From assembly GCF_048593235.1 (NCBI RefSeq), contig NC_133619.1, positions 234,250,454 through 234,314,453 of the forward strand: 64,000 nt of DNA, in the 5' to 3' direction. Numbering within the stretch: position 1 is the stretch's first letter; each line of letters opens with the position of its first letter. The position numbers were made by a program, and so were the translations under genes. The stretch is from Sminthopsis crassicaudata. Lineage: Eukaryota. The notes below the pieces were generated by a model. That model did not search any database. It was given only the letters and a program-made list of their open reading frames with translations, and was not told where the DNA came from. Positions 47,149 through 58,949 of the stretch are shown piece by piece.

Positions 47149-48300
47149 CTACTGTGGACTCTTAGGGCAAATGATGAGTGAACCAGGGGTGCTCTGGTCT
47201 TGGAGAAGGCAAGGAGAGAAATAAGGGTGAAGAGGCCCTTCCAAATCTATGTTTGGGTTGCTGTAAACAATGGATCTGTATGTGACATCATAAAATGCTA
47301 TTTCTTGCCTTTCACAATCAAGAAAAATGCCCACTTTGTGCAGAGGCTGGCTCAACTGAATGGTCTTTTCTGAAGTGTACAAGAAGAAACCATTTCCAGA
47401 TGTGAATGCTGTGATGGCCAAGACATCTTCCCAACTGAATCTCCCTCCTGAATCATTACAGATGCCCAAAGCCCACCCCGTCTTGTCTTCCACCTCTACT
47501 TCCCAGTAGTGGGTGCCTGAGATGAATTTCTGGGTTCCTAAAACCCCGAAAGCAGGATGAAATCTCTCTGTGTTGTCAGGCAGGTCTTGACGGGTCCTTC
47601 CATAGTGCACCCTCTTCAAATCTTCAGACAGGATGAGATGAGGATGGGCTGATTCAGGATCAAGAGTTATATCCCTGTGGAAACTCATGAGAAATTCTCT
47701 CATGCCTGTAATGGAGCAGATAGGCCAGGGAAGGAAAGGAAACTCTGGCCTTTGGAGTAGTTCTTCCTTTTTTTTCAAAGTGTCTGGTGCAGCCTGGATC
47801 ATTTCCAAGGGCAGCATGTCCAAATTCTGCTCCACTTGTAACATCATTTGTTTCAGCTTTTGTGTTTCTGGTAACACCTTCATCTCATGCTCTGCTAGTT
47901 TGAGCAGGTTGCTTGTGGATGCCTCAACAAAACTTTTTTCGTATATAAATTTTTCTTCCATTAAAAATAGTTGCAGTTGCCTATATTGAGAACTAGTTAA
48001 CACTTTCAAAGTGCAGGAACTCTCAGTAAATTGCGCCTTTCTTCTTCTCAATGTGTCCAGTGCAGTTTGACACTTCTCTTTTTTCTTCTGTATGATCCTC
48101 CATATCTGCAGGAGCTTGTTCTTGCTCTTGTCAGCTGCTGTCTCCAAGGGAAGGACTTGGTGGTCCTTGAGTTCTGGGCCCGAGAAGGAAGAATCAAAGA
48201 GGGGTCTCTGGCCTTCCTCACAGAAGAATATCACATGTTCTCCCTGTTGATCACAGGTGCTCTGGCTCACGTCTTTGTGCAGCAGGTGATTTTGGCTCAT
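47149..48300 (-). CDS. Copy 15: RING-less TRIM-like protein, 383 aa
   Basis: Intact ORF from the ATG at 48300; the track's 48345 start is TTG. Confidence 0.88.
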   Translation of the reverse strand: MSQNHLLHKDVSQSTCDQQGEHVIFFCEEGQRPLFDSSFSGPELKDHQVLPLETAADKSKNKLLQIWRIIQKKKEKCQTALDTLRRRKAQFTESSCTLKVLTSSQYRQLQLFLMEEKFIYEKSFVEASTSNLLKLAEHEMKVLPETQKLKQMMLQVEQNLDMLPLEMIQAAPDTLKKKEELLQRPEFPFLPWPICSITGMREFLMSFHRDITLDPESAHPHLILSEDLKRVHYGRTRQDLPDNTERFHPAFGVLGTQKFISGTHYWEVEVEDKTGWALGICNDSGGRFSWEDVLAITAFTSGNGFFLYTSEKTIQLSQPLHKVGIFLDCERQEIAFYDVTYRSIVYSNPNIDLEGPLHPYFSPCLLQDQSTPGSLIICPKSPQ

Positions 48301-50105
48301 CTTGCCAGTGGTGCACTGGGTCTGCAGGTTCCTTCTGAGCAGCAAGGCAGCCTCCCTAAGGAATGACTCCTCTGCACTCTGTGTGGGTTAAGGTTTCAGT
48401 GACTCCCTCAGTGCCCTGGAGAAGACACTCTGTGCACTCTCAGTCACCCAGTCAGGAAGGAAGTTCAGGCTCATGCAAGCAAGGGAGACCTACCTGGAAG
48501 TTTCTTAATGAAACTCTGGTATGGATGATCCCAAGCCTCTGATTCCTTCCTTTTCAGGTCTGGAGAGAGCTAGCTCCTTCCCTTCAGCTCTGGCAGCAAA
48601 AGATATGGGCACTGAGCTGTGTGAGCCTTTTTAAATCTCCTCCCCTGCTTAGCCATTCTCTTAACTCCACCCTCAAAAAGGTGAGAACTCTTGTCTTTTG
48701 AGAGGACTTCCACTCCCTGCTTCAGGGCTGAGTTCTCACCTTTCTTCTAATCCCACCCTTCAGAGTCAGCCTCTCTAGAGAAGGAAACTCCTTCCCTCCT
48801 TCTGAGTACATGGAAAGATCTCCTCATTGTGTCACTTAGTAGTGACATTCTCACCTGCAAGCCTCAAGATATCACCTTTTTGATGTGCTGATATGGAAAC
48901 ATGGCAAAGAAAGACCCCCAGCCCCCACTCCAAACAAAATCTTTTTTTTTTTTTTCCCCAAACTGCTTCCTACCCATGGCTCCTATGAAGAATACCTGTA
49001 CCAACCTTTGCTATCCCTCCCCCTTAGTTTCCACTTTGGCTCTCATTACATACTTATGATTCTATCACTGGATCAAGATGTCTTAACTCTTTTAGTATAT
49101 GTTTTTTAGAAGGACATTATTTCTGATTCCTGTCTTTTTAAATGTTCATCTCAGAAAGAAGATTGTCTTCTTCCTTTTGGTTATGCCACAAAGGATTTGA
49201 GAACTGAGGCAGCTGTTACTTTTTTTTTTTAATTGTTTCACCTTTTAAGTTCCTTTTATTGACTCCTCAAAAGGTGAGAACTCCCACTTTCTAAAGTTCT
49301 TCCACTCTCTCCACTGGAGTTTGTCCTCTTAAAATATAATACATCAATATATATTTATTTTATTTCAATGAAAATAGACTTTAATCTGGACACCTGGAGA
49401 CTGCATCTATCCTATTCTAGGTTGTATTCCAGGCTGGGATACCTCTGACAAGGGGCACCAAATGTCCTACAAGAGAAGGGTAGAAAAACAGAATGACACA
49501 ATGGAAGTACCTTTGGCATAATATCTTGCTTCAAGTTCCTTACCAGTTGAGGACTAATTTATTTCAGTCCTTCAAAACATCTTTATAGCTGTACCTATTA
49601 CATTTTCTTATTTCATGCCAGATCTTTGAGTCTGCTATGATCCTCAAGTAGTATTCTGACTCAAAACAATAGACTTTCCATACCCATCTCCCTAGGCCTT
49701 CAAAGAAGAGAACTTTTCTCCCTTTTCTTTCTTTATTTGTTTTCTTCCTTACTCCTTTGGTTGTTCAATGATTCCTACAGTCTTTTAGCCTTCCAAGTGT
49801 TGTTCTCCCTCCCTTTCTACTAGGAATTTTCCCCTTCACTTTTGCTCTCTTCAGTCCTTGTCTCCTATTCTGTTACCCACCTCCCCATCCCAATTAGCTT
49901 CTGGAAAAGCAGCCACCAGTGGGGAAAAATGATCTTTTTACGTTAAGAATTCTTAACAAAGAACACAGTATTTTCTTGGTTTAATTAATCACACTTTATT
50001 GTCCATTCAACAAGAATACAGAGAAATAGAGTATCCCTGGCAGTATACCACCCAGTCACTTTTGCTAATTGGTCATCCTTAGTAATTAGGAACTCTGACT
50101 GGCCT

Positions 50106-51257
50106 CTACTGTGGACTCTTAGGGCAAATGATGAGTGAACCAGGGGTGCTCTGGTCTTGGAGAAGGCAAGGAGAGAAATAAGGGCGAAGAGGCCCTTCCA
50201 AATCTATGTTTGGGTTGCTGTAAACAATGGATCTGTATGTGACATCATAAAATGCTATTTCTTGCCTTTCACAATCAAGAAAAATGCCCACTTTGTGCAG
50301 AGGCTGGCTCAACTGAATGGTCTTTTCTGAAGTGTACAAGAAGAAACCATTTCCAGATGTGAATGCTGTGATGGCCAAGACATCTTCCCAACTGAATCTC
50401 CCTCCTGAATCATTACAGACGCCCAAAGCCCACCCCGTCTTGTCTTCCACCTCTACTTCCCAGTAGTGGGTGCCTGAGATGAATTTCTGGGTTCCTAAAA
50501 CCCCGAGAGCAGGATGAAATCTCTCTGTGTTGTCAGGCAGGTCTTGACGGGTGCTTCCATAGTGCACCCTCTTCAAATCTTCAGACAGGATGAGATGAGG
50601 ATGGGCTGATTCAGGATCAAGGGTTATATCCCTGTGGAAACTCATGAGAAATTCTCTCATGCCTGTAATGGAGCAGATAGGCCAGGGAAGGAAAGGAATC
50701 TCTGGCCTTTGGAGTAGTTCTTCCTTTTTTTTCAAAGTGTCTGGTGCAGCCTGGATCATTTCCAAGGGCAGCATGTCCAAATTCTGCTCCACTTCTAACA
50801 TCATTTGTTTCAGCTTTTGTATTTCTGGTAACACCTTCATCTCATGCTCTGCTAGTTTGAGCAGGTTGCTTGTGGATGCCTCAACAAAACTTTTTTCGTA
50901 TATAAATTTTTCTTCCATTAAAAATAGTTGCAGTTGCCTATATTGAGAACTAGTTAACACTTTCAAAGTGCAGGAACTCTCAGTAAATTGCGCCTTTCTT
51001 CTTCTCAATGTGTCCAGTGCAGTTTGACACTTCTCTTTTTTCTTCTGTATGATCCTCCATATCTGCAGGAGCTTGTTCTTGCTCTTGTCAGCTGCTGTCT
51101 CCAAGGGAAGGACTTGGTGGTCCTTGAGTTCTGGGCCCGAGAAGGAAGAATCAAAGAGGGGTCTCTGGCCTTCCTCACAGAAGAATATCACATGTTCTCC
51201 CTGTTGATCACAGGTGCTCAGGCTCACGTCTTTGTGCAGCAGGTGATTTTGGCTCAT
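50106..51257 (-). CDS. Copy 16: RING-less TRIM-like protein, 383 aa
   Basis: Intact ORF; track translation identical to copy 18. Confidence 0.88.
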   Translation of the reverse strand: MSQNHLLHKDVSLSTCDQQGEHVIFFCEEGQRPLFDSSFSGPELKDHQVLPLETAADKSKNKLLQIWRIIQKKKEKCQTALDTLRRRKAQFTESSCTLKVLTSSQYRQLQLFLMEEKFIYEKSFVEASTSNLLKLAEHEMKVLPEIQKLKQMMLEVEQNLDMLPLEMIQAAPDTLKKKEELLQRPEIPFLPWPICSITGMREFLMSFHRDITLDPESAHPHLILSEDLKRVHYGSTRQDLPDNTERFHPALGVLGTQKFISGTHYWEVEVEDKTGWALGVCNDSGGRFSWEDVLAITAFTSGNGFFLYTSEKTIQLSQPLHKVGIFLDCERQEIAFYDVTYRSIVYSNPNIDLEGPLRPYFSPCLLQDQSTPGSLIICPKSPQ

Positions 51258-53062
51258 CTTGCCAGTGGTGCACTGGGTCTGCAGGTTCCTTCTGAGCAGC
51301 AAGGCAGCCTCCCTAAGGAATGACTCCTCTGCACTCTGTGTGGGTTAAGGTTTCAGTGACTCCCTCAGTGCCCTGGAGAAGACACTCTGTGCACTCTCAG
51401 TCACCCAGTCAGGAAGGAAGTTCAGGCTCATGCAAGCAAGGGAGACCTACCTGGAAGTTTCTTAATGAAACTCTGGTATGGATGATCCCAAGCCTCTGAT
51501 TCCTTCCTTTTCAGGTCTGGAGAGAGCTAGCTCCTTCCCTTCAGCTCTGGCAGCAAAAGATATGGGCACTGAGCTGTGTGAGCCTTTTTAAATCTCCTCC
51601 CCTGCTTAGCCATTCTCTTAACTCCACCCTCAAAAAGGTGAGAACTCTTGTCTTTTGAGAGGACTTCCACTCCCTGCTTCAGGGCTGAGTTCTCACCTTT
51701 CTTCTAATCCCACCCTTCAGAGTCAGCCTCTCTAGAGAAGGAAACTCCTTCCCTCCTTCTGAGTACATGGAAAGATCTCCTCATTGTGTCACTTAGTAGT
51801 GACATTCTCACCTGCAAGCCTCAAGATATCACCTTTTTGATGTGCTGATATGGAAACATGGCAAAGAAAGACCCCCAGCCCCCACTCCAAACAAAATCTT
51901 TTTTTTTTTTTTCCCCAAACTGCTTCCTACCCATGGCTCCTATGAAGAATACCTGTACCAACCTTTGCTATCCCTCCCCCTTAGTTTCCACTTTGGCTCT
52001 CATTACATACTTATGATTCTATCACTGGATCAAGATGTCTTAACTCTTTTAGTATATGTTTTTTAGAAGGACATTATTTCTGATTCCTGTCTTTTTAAAT
52101 GTTCATCTCAGAAAGAAGATTGTCTTCTTCCTTTTGGTTATGCCACAAAGGATTTGAGAACTGAGGCAGCTGTTACTTTTTTTTTTTAATTGTTTCACCT
52201 TTTAAGTTCCTTTTATTGACTCCTCAAAAGGTGAGAACTCCCACTTTCTAAAGTTCTTCCACTCTCTCCACTGGAGTTTGTCCTCTTAAAATATAATACA
52301 TCAATATATATTTATTTTATTTCAATGAAAATAGACTTTAATCTGGACACCTGGAGACTGCATCTATCCTATTCTAGGTTGTATTCCAGGCTGGGATACC
52401 TCTGACAAGGGGCACCAAATGTCCTACAAGAGAAGGGTAGAAAAACAGAATGACACAATGGAAGTACCTTTGGCATAATATCTTGCTTCAAGTTCCTTAC
52501 CAGTTGAGGACTAATTTATTTCAGTCCTTCAAAACATCTTTATAGCTGTACCTATTACATTTTCTTATTTCATGCCAGATCTTTGAGTCTGCTATGATCC
52601 TCAAGTAGTATTCTGACTCAAAACAATAGACTTTCCATACCCATCTCCCTAGGCCTTCAAAGAAGAGAACTTTTCTCCCTTTTCTTTCTTTATTTGTTTT
52701 CTTCCTTACTCCTTTGGTTGTTCAATGATTCCTACAGTCTTTTAGCCTTCCAAGTGTTGTTCTCCCTCCCTTTCTACTAGGAATTTTCCCCTTCACTTTT
52801 GCTCTCTTCAGTCCTTGTCTCCTATTCTGTTACCCACCTCCCCATCCCAATTAGCTTCTGGAAAAGCAGCCACCAGTGGGGAAAAATGATCTTTTTACGT
52901 TAAGAATTCTTAAGAAAGAACACAGTATTTTCTTGGTTTAATTAATCACACTTTATTGTCCATTCAACAAGAATACAGAGAAATAGAGTATCCCTGGCAG
53001 TATACCACCCAGTCACTTTTGCTAATTGGTCATCCTTAGTAATTAGGAACTCTGACTGGCCT

Positions 53063-54214
53063 CTACTGTGGACTCTTAGGGCAAATGATGAGTGAACCAG
53101 GGGTGCTCTGGTCTTGGAGAAGGCAAGGAGAGAAATAAGGGCGAAGAGGCCCTTCCAAATCTATGTTTGGGTTGCTGTAAACAATGGATCTGTATGTGAC
53201 ATCATAAAATGCTATTTCTTGCCTTTCACAATCAAGAAAAATGCCCACTTTGTGCAGAGGCTGGCTCAACTGAATGGTCTTTTCTGAAGTGTACAAGAAG
53301 AAACCATTTCCAGATGTGAATGCTGTGATGGCCAAGACATCTTCCCAACTGAATCTCCCTCCTGAATCATTACAGACGCCCAAAGCCCACCCCGTCTTGT
53401 CTTCCAACTCTACTTCCCAGTAGTGTGTGCCTGAGATGAATTTCTGGGTTCCTAAAACCCCGAGAGCAGGATGAAATCTCTCTGTGTTGTCAGGCAGGTC
53501 TTGACGGGTGCTTCCATAGTGCACCCTCTTCAAATCTTCAGACAGGATGAGATGAGGATGGGCTGATTCAGGATCAAGGGTTATATCCCTGTGGAAACTC
53601 ATGAGAAATTCTCTCATGCCTGTAATGGAGCAGATAGGCCAGGGAAGGAAAGGAATCTCTGGCCTTTGGAGTAGTTCTTCCTTTTTTTTCAAAGTGTCTG
53701 GTGCAGCCTGGATCATTTCCAAGGGCAGCATGTCCAAATTCTGCTCCACTTCTAACATCATTTGTTTCAGCTTTTGTGTTTCTGGTAACACCTTCATCTC
53801 ATGCTCTGCTAGTTTGAGCAGGTTGCTTGTGGATGCCTCAACAAAACTTTTTTCGTATATAAATTTTTCTTCCATTAAAAATAGTTGCAGTTGCCTATAT
53901 TGAGAACTAGTTAACACTTTCAAAGTGCAGGAACTCTCAGTAAATTGCGCCTTTCTTCTTCTCAATGTGTCCAGTGCAGTTTGACACTTCTCTTTTTTCT
54001 TCTGTATGATCCTCCATATCTGCAGGAGCTTGTTCTTGCTCTTGTCAGCTGCTGTCTCCAAGGGAAGGACTTGGTGGTCCTTGAGTTCTGGGCCCGAGAA
54101 GGAAGAATCAAAGAGGGGTCTCTGGCCTTCCTCACAGAAGAATATCACATGTTCTCCCTGTTGATCACAGGTGCTCAGGCTCACGTCTTTGTGCAGCAGG
54201 TGATTTTGGCTCAT
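53063..54214 (-). CDS. Copy 17: RING-less TRIM-like protein, 383 aa
   Basis: Intact ORF. Confidence 0.88.
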   Translation of the reverse strand: MSQNHLLHKDVSLSTCDQQGEHVIFFCEEGQRPLFDSSFSGPELKDHQVLPLETAADKSKNKLLQIWRIIQKKKEKCQTALDTLRRRKAQFTESSCTLKVLTSSQYRQLQLFLMEEKFIYEKSFVEASTSNLLKLAEHEMKVLPETQKLKQMMLEVEQNLDMLPLEMIQAAPDTLKKKEELLQRPEIPFLPWPICSITGMREFLMSFHRDITLDPESAHPHLILSEDLKRVHYGSTRQDLPDNTERFHPALGVLGTQKFISGTHYWEVELEDKTGWALGVCNDSGGRFSWEDVLAITAFTSGNGFFLYTSEKTIQLSQPLHKVGIFLDCERQEIAFYDVTYRSIVYSNPNIDLEGPLRPYFSPCLLQDQSTPGSLIICPKSPQ

Positions 54215-56019
54215 CTTGCCAGTGGTGCACTGGGTCTGCAGGTTCCTTCTGAGCAGCAAGGCAGCCTCCCTAAGGAATGACTCCTCTGCACTCTGTGTGG
54301 GTTAAGGTTTCAGTGACTCCCTCAGTGCCCTGGAGAAGACACTCTGTGCACTCTCAGTCACCCAGTCAGGAAGGAAGTTCAGGCTCATGCAAGCAAGGGA
54401 GACCTACCTGGAAGTTTCTTAATGAAACTCTGGTATGGATGATCCCAAGCCTCTGATTCCTTCCTTTTCAGGTCTGGAGAGAGCTAGCTCCTTCCCTTCA
54501 GCTCTGGCAGCAAAAGATATGGGCACTGAGCTGTGTGAGCCTTTTTAAATCTCCTCCCCTGCTTAGCCATTCTCTTAACTCCACCCTCAAAAAGGTGAGA
54601 ACTCTTGTCTTTTGAGAGGACTTCCACTCCCTGCTTCAGGGCTGAGTTCTCACCTTTCTTCTAATCCCACCCTTCAGAGTCAGCCTCTCTAGAGAAGGAA
54701 ACTCCTTCCCTCCTTCTGAGTACATGGAAAGATCTCCTCATTGTGTCACTTAGTAGTGACATTCTCACCTGCAAGCCTCAAGATATCACCTTTTTGATGT
54801 GCTGATATGGAAACATGGCAAAGAAAGACCCCCAGCCCCCACTCCAAACAAAATCTTTTTTTTTTTTTTCCCCAAACTGCTTCCTACCCATGGCTCCTAT
54901 GAAGAATACCTGTACCAACCTTTGCTATCCCTCCCCCTTAGTTTCCACTTTGGCTCTCATTACATACTTATGATTCTATCACTGGATCAAGATGTCTTAA
55001 CTCTTTTAGTATATGTTTTTTAGAAGGACATTATTTCTGATTCCTGTCTTTTTAAATGTTCATCTCAGAAAGAAGATTGTCTTCTTCCTTTTGGTTATGC
55101 CACAAAGGATTTGAGAACTGAGGCAGCTGTTACTTTTTTTTTTTAATTGTTTCACCTTTTAAGTTCCTTTTATTGACTCCTCAAAAGGTGAGAACTCCCA
55201 CTTTCTAAAGTTCTTCCACTCTCTCCACTGGAGTTTGTCCTCTTAAAATATAATACATCAATATATATTTATTTTATTTCAATGAAAATAGACTTTAATC
55301 TGGACACCTGGAGACTGCATCTATCCTATTCTAGGTTGTATTCCAGGCTGGGATACCTCTGACAAGGGGCACCAAATGTCCTACAAGAGAAGGGTAGAAA
55401 AACAGAATGACACAATGGAAGTACCTTTGGCATAATATCTTGCTTCAAGTTCCTTACCAGTTGAGGACTAATTTATTTCAGTCCTTCAAAACATCTTTAT
55501 AGCTGTACCTATTACATTTTCTTATTTCATGCCAGATCTTTGAGTCTGCTATGATCCTCAAGTAGTATTCTGACTCAAAACAATAGACTTTCCATACCCA
55601 TCTCCCTAGGCCTTCAAAGAAGAGAACTTTTCTCCCTTTTCTTTCTTTATTTGTTTTCTTCCTTACTCCTTTGGTTGTTCAATGATTCCTACAGTCTTTT
55701 AGCCTTCCAAGTGTTGTTCTCCCTCCCTTTCTACTAGGAATTTTCCCCTTCACTTTTGCTCTCTTCAGTCCTTGTCTCCTATTCTGTTACCCACCTCCCC
55801 ATCCCAATTAGCTTCTGGAAAAGCAGCCACCAGTGGGGAAAAATGATCTTTTTACGTTAAGAATTCTTAAGAAAGAACACAGTATTTTCTTGGTTTAATT
55901 AATCACACTTTATTGTCCATTCAACAAGAATACAGAGAAATAGAGTATCCCTGGCAGTATACCACCCAGTCACTTTTGCTAATTGGTCATCCTTAGTAAT
56001 TAGGAACTCTGACTGGCCT

Positions 56020-57171
56020 CTACTGTGGACTCTTAGGGCAAATGATGAGTGAACCAGGGGTGCTCTGGTCTTGGAGAAGGCAAGGAGAGAAATAAGGGCG
56101 AAGAGGCCCTTCCAAATCTATGTTTGGGTTGCTGTAAACAATGGATCTGTATGTGACATCATAAAATGCTATTTCTTGCCTTTCACAATCAAGAAAAATG
56201 CCCACTTTGTGCAGAGGCTGGCTCAACTGAATGGTCTTTTCTGAAGTGTACAAGAAGAAACCATTTCCAGATGTGAATGCTGTGATGGCCAAGACATCTT
56301 CCCAACTGAATCTCCCTCCTGAATCATTACAGACGCCCAAAGCCCACCCCGTCTTGTCTTCCACCTCTACTTCCCAGTAGTGGGTGCCTGAGATGAATTT
56401 CTGGGTTCCTAAAACCCCGAGAGCAGGATGAAATCTCTCTGTGTTGTCAGGCAGGTCTTGACGGGTGCTTCCATAGTGCACCCTCTTCAAATCTTCAGAC
56501 AGGATGAGATGAGGATGGGCTGATTCAGGATCAAGGGTTATATCCCTGTGGAAACTCATGAGAAATTCTCTCATGCCTGTAATGGAGCAGATAGGCCAGG
56601 GAAGGAAAGGAATCTCTGGCCTTTGGAGTAGTTCTTCCTTTTTTTTCAAAGTGTCTGGTGCAGCCTGGATCATTTCCAAGGGCAGCATGTCCAAATTCTG
56701 CTCCACTTCTAACATCATTTGTTTCAGCTTTTGTATTTCTGGTAACACCTTCATCTCATGCTCTGCTAGTTTGAGCAGGTTGCTTGTGGATGCCTCAACA
56801 AAACTTTTTTCGTATATAAATTTTTCTTCCATTAAAAATAGTTGCAGTTGCCTATATTGAGAACTAGTTAACACTTTCAAAGTGCAGGAACTCTCAGTAA
56901 ATTGCGCCTTTCTTCTTCTCAATGTGTCCAGTGCAGTTTGACACTTCTCTTTTTTCTTCTGTATGATCCTCCATATCTGCAGGAGCTTGTTCTTGCTCTT
57001 GTCAGCTGCTGTCTCCAAGGGAAGGACTTGGTGGTCCTTGAGTTCTGGGCCCGAGAAGGAAGAATCAAAGAGGGGTCTCTGGCCTTCCTCACAGAAGAAT
57101 ATCACATGTTCTCCCTGTTGATCACAGGTGCTCAGGCTCACGTCTTTGTGCAGCAGGTGATTTTGGCTCAT
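56020..57171 (-). CDS. Copy 18: RING-less TRIM-like protein, 383 aa (last copy of the array)
   Basis: Intact ORF. Confidence 0.88.
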   Translation of the reverse strand: MSQNHLLHKDVSLSTCDQQGEHVIFFCEEGQRPLFDSSFSGPELKDHQVLPLETAADKSKNKLLQIWRIIQKKKEKCQTALDTLRRRKAQFTESSCTLKVLTSSQYRQLQLFLMEEKFIYEKSFVEASTSNLLKLAEHEMKVLPEIQKLKQMMLEVEQNLDMLPLEMIQAAPDTLKKKEELLQRPEIPFLPWPICSITGMREFLMSFHRDITLDPESAHPHLILSEDLKRVHYGSTRQDLPDNTERFHPALGVLGTQKFISGTHYWEVEVEDKTGWALGVCNDSGGRFSWEDVLAITAFTSGNGFFLYTSEKTIQLSQPLHKVGIFLDCERQEIAFYDVTYRSIVYSNPNIDLEGPLRPYFSPCLLQDQSTPGSLIICPKSPQ

Positions 57172-58949
57172 CTTGCCAGTGGTGCACTGGGTCTGCAGGT
57201 TCCTTCTGAGCAGCAAGGCAGCCTCCCTAAGGAATGACTCCTCTGCACTCTGTGTGGGTTAAGGTTTCAGTGACTCCCTCAGTGCCCTGGAGAAGACACT
57301 CTGTGCACTCTCAGTCACCCAGTCAGGAAGGAAGTTCAGGCTCATGCAAGCAAGGGAGACCTACCTGGAAGTTTCTTAATGAAACTCTGGTATGGATGAT
57401 CCCAAGCCTCTGATTCCTTCCTTTTCAGGTCTGGAGAGAGCTAGCTCCTTCCCTTCAGCTCTGGCAGCAAAAGATATGGGCACTGAGCTGTGTGAGCCTT
57501 TTTAAATCTCCTCCCCTGCTTAGCCATTCTCTTAACTCCACCCTCAAAAAGGTGAGAACTCTTGTCTTTTGAGAGGACTTCCACTCCCTGCTTCAGGGCT
57601 GAGTTCTCACCTTTCTTCTAATCCCACCCTTCAGAGTCAGCCTCTCTAGAGAAGGAAACTCCTTCCCTCCTTCTGAGTACATGGAAAGATCTCCTCATTG
57701 TGTCACTTAGTAGTGACATTCTCACCTGCAAGCCTCAAGATATCACCTTTTTGATGTGCTGATATGGAAACATGGCAAAGAAAGACCCCCAGCCCCCACT
57801 CCAAACAAAATCTTTTTTTTTTTTTTTCCCCAAACTGCTTCCTACCCATGGCTCCTATGAAGAATACCTGTACCAACCTTTGCTATCCCTCCCCTTAGTT
57901 TCCACTTTGGCTCTCATTACATACTTATGATTCTATCACTGGATCAAGATGTCTTAACTTTTTTAGTATATGTTTTTTAGAAGGACATTATTTCTGATTC
58001 CTGTCTTTTTAAATGTTCATCTCAGAAAGAAGATTGTCTTCTTCCTTTTGGTTATGCCACAAAGGATTTGTGAACTGAGGCAGCTGTTACTTTTTTTTTT
58101 TTTAATTGTTTCACCTTTTAAGTTCCTTTTATTGACTCCTCAAAAGGTGAGAACTCCCACTTCCTAAAGTGCTTCCACTCTCTCCTCTGGGGTTTGTCCT
58201 CTTAAAATATAATACATAAATATATATTTATTTTATTTCAATGAAAATAGACTTTAATCTGTACACCTGGTGACTGCATATATCCTCTTCTAGGTTGTAT
58301 TCCAGGCTGGGATACCTCTGACAAGGGGCACCAAATGTCCTACAAGAGAAGGGTAGAAAAACAGAATGACACAATGGAAGTATCCTTGGCAAAATATCTT
58401 GCTTCAAGTTCCTATTTGGTTGTGGACTAATTTATTGCAGTCCTTCAAAACATCTTTATAGCTGTACCTATTACATTTTCTTATTTCATGCCAGATCTTT
58501 GAGTCTGCTATGATCCTCAAATAGTATTCTGATTGAAAACAATAGACATTCCATACCCATATCCCAAGGCCTTCAAGGAAGAGAACTTTTCTCCCTTTTC
58601 TTTCTTTATTTGTTTGCTTCCTTACTCCTTTGGTTGTTCCTTGATTCCTACGGTCTTTTAGCCTTCCAAATGTTGTTCTCCCTCCCTTTCTACTAGGAAT
58701 TTTTCCCTTCACTTTTGCTCTCCTCAGGCATTTTCTCCTATTCTGCTACCCACCTCCCCTTCCCAATTAGCTTTTGGAAAAGCAGCCACCCATGGGGAAA
58801 AATGATCTTTTTACGTTAAGAAATCTTAACAAAGCACACAGTATTTTCTTGGTTTAAATAATCACCCTTTATTGACCATTGAACAGGAATACAGAGAAAT
58901 AAAGCATCCCTGGCAGTGTTCCACCCAGTCACTTTTCCTAAAGTGTCAT

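Larger units (their letters stand above)
1..58949 (-). repeat. Tandem macrosatellite array of ~2.95-kb units, each encoding a RING-less TRIM-like B30.2 protein; 18 ORF copies, interrupted once by an L1
   Basis: ORF stop positions 2027, 4977, 7931, 10885, 13836, 16790, 19743, 22695, 25639, [L1], 35349, 38298, 41249, 44199, 47149, 50106, 53063, 56020 give periods of about 2944-2957 bp. Spacers are also near-identical. The array continues past the left edge of the window. Confidence 0.98.

Noticed and set aside
1-58949. CRISPR-like or prokaryotic repeat system
   Set aside because: Units are ~3 kb with no short repeat-spacer structure; L1 and TRIM content show vertebrate DNA.
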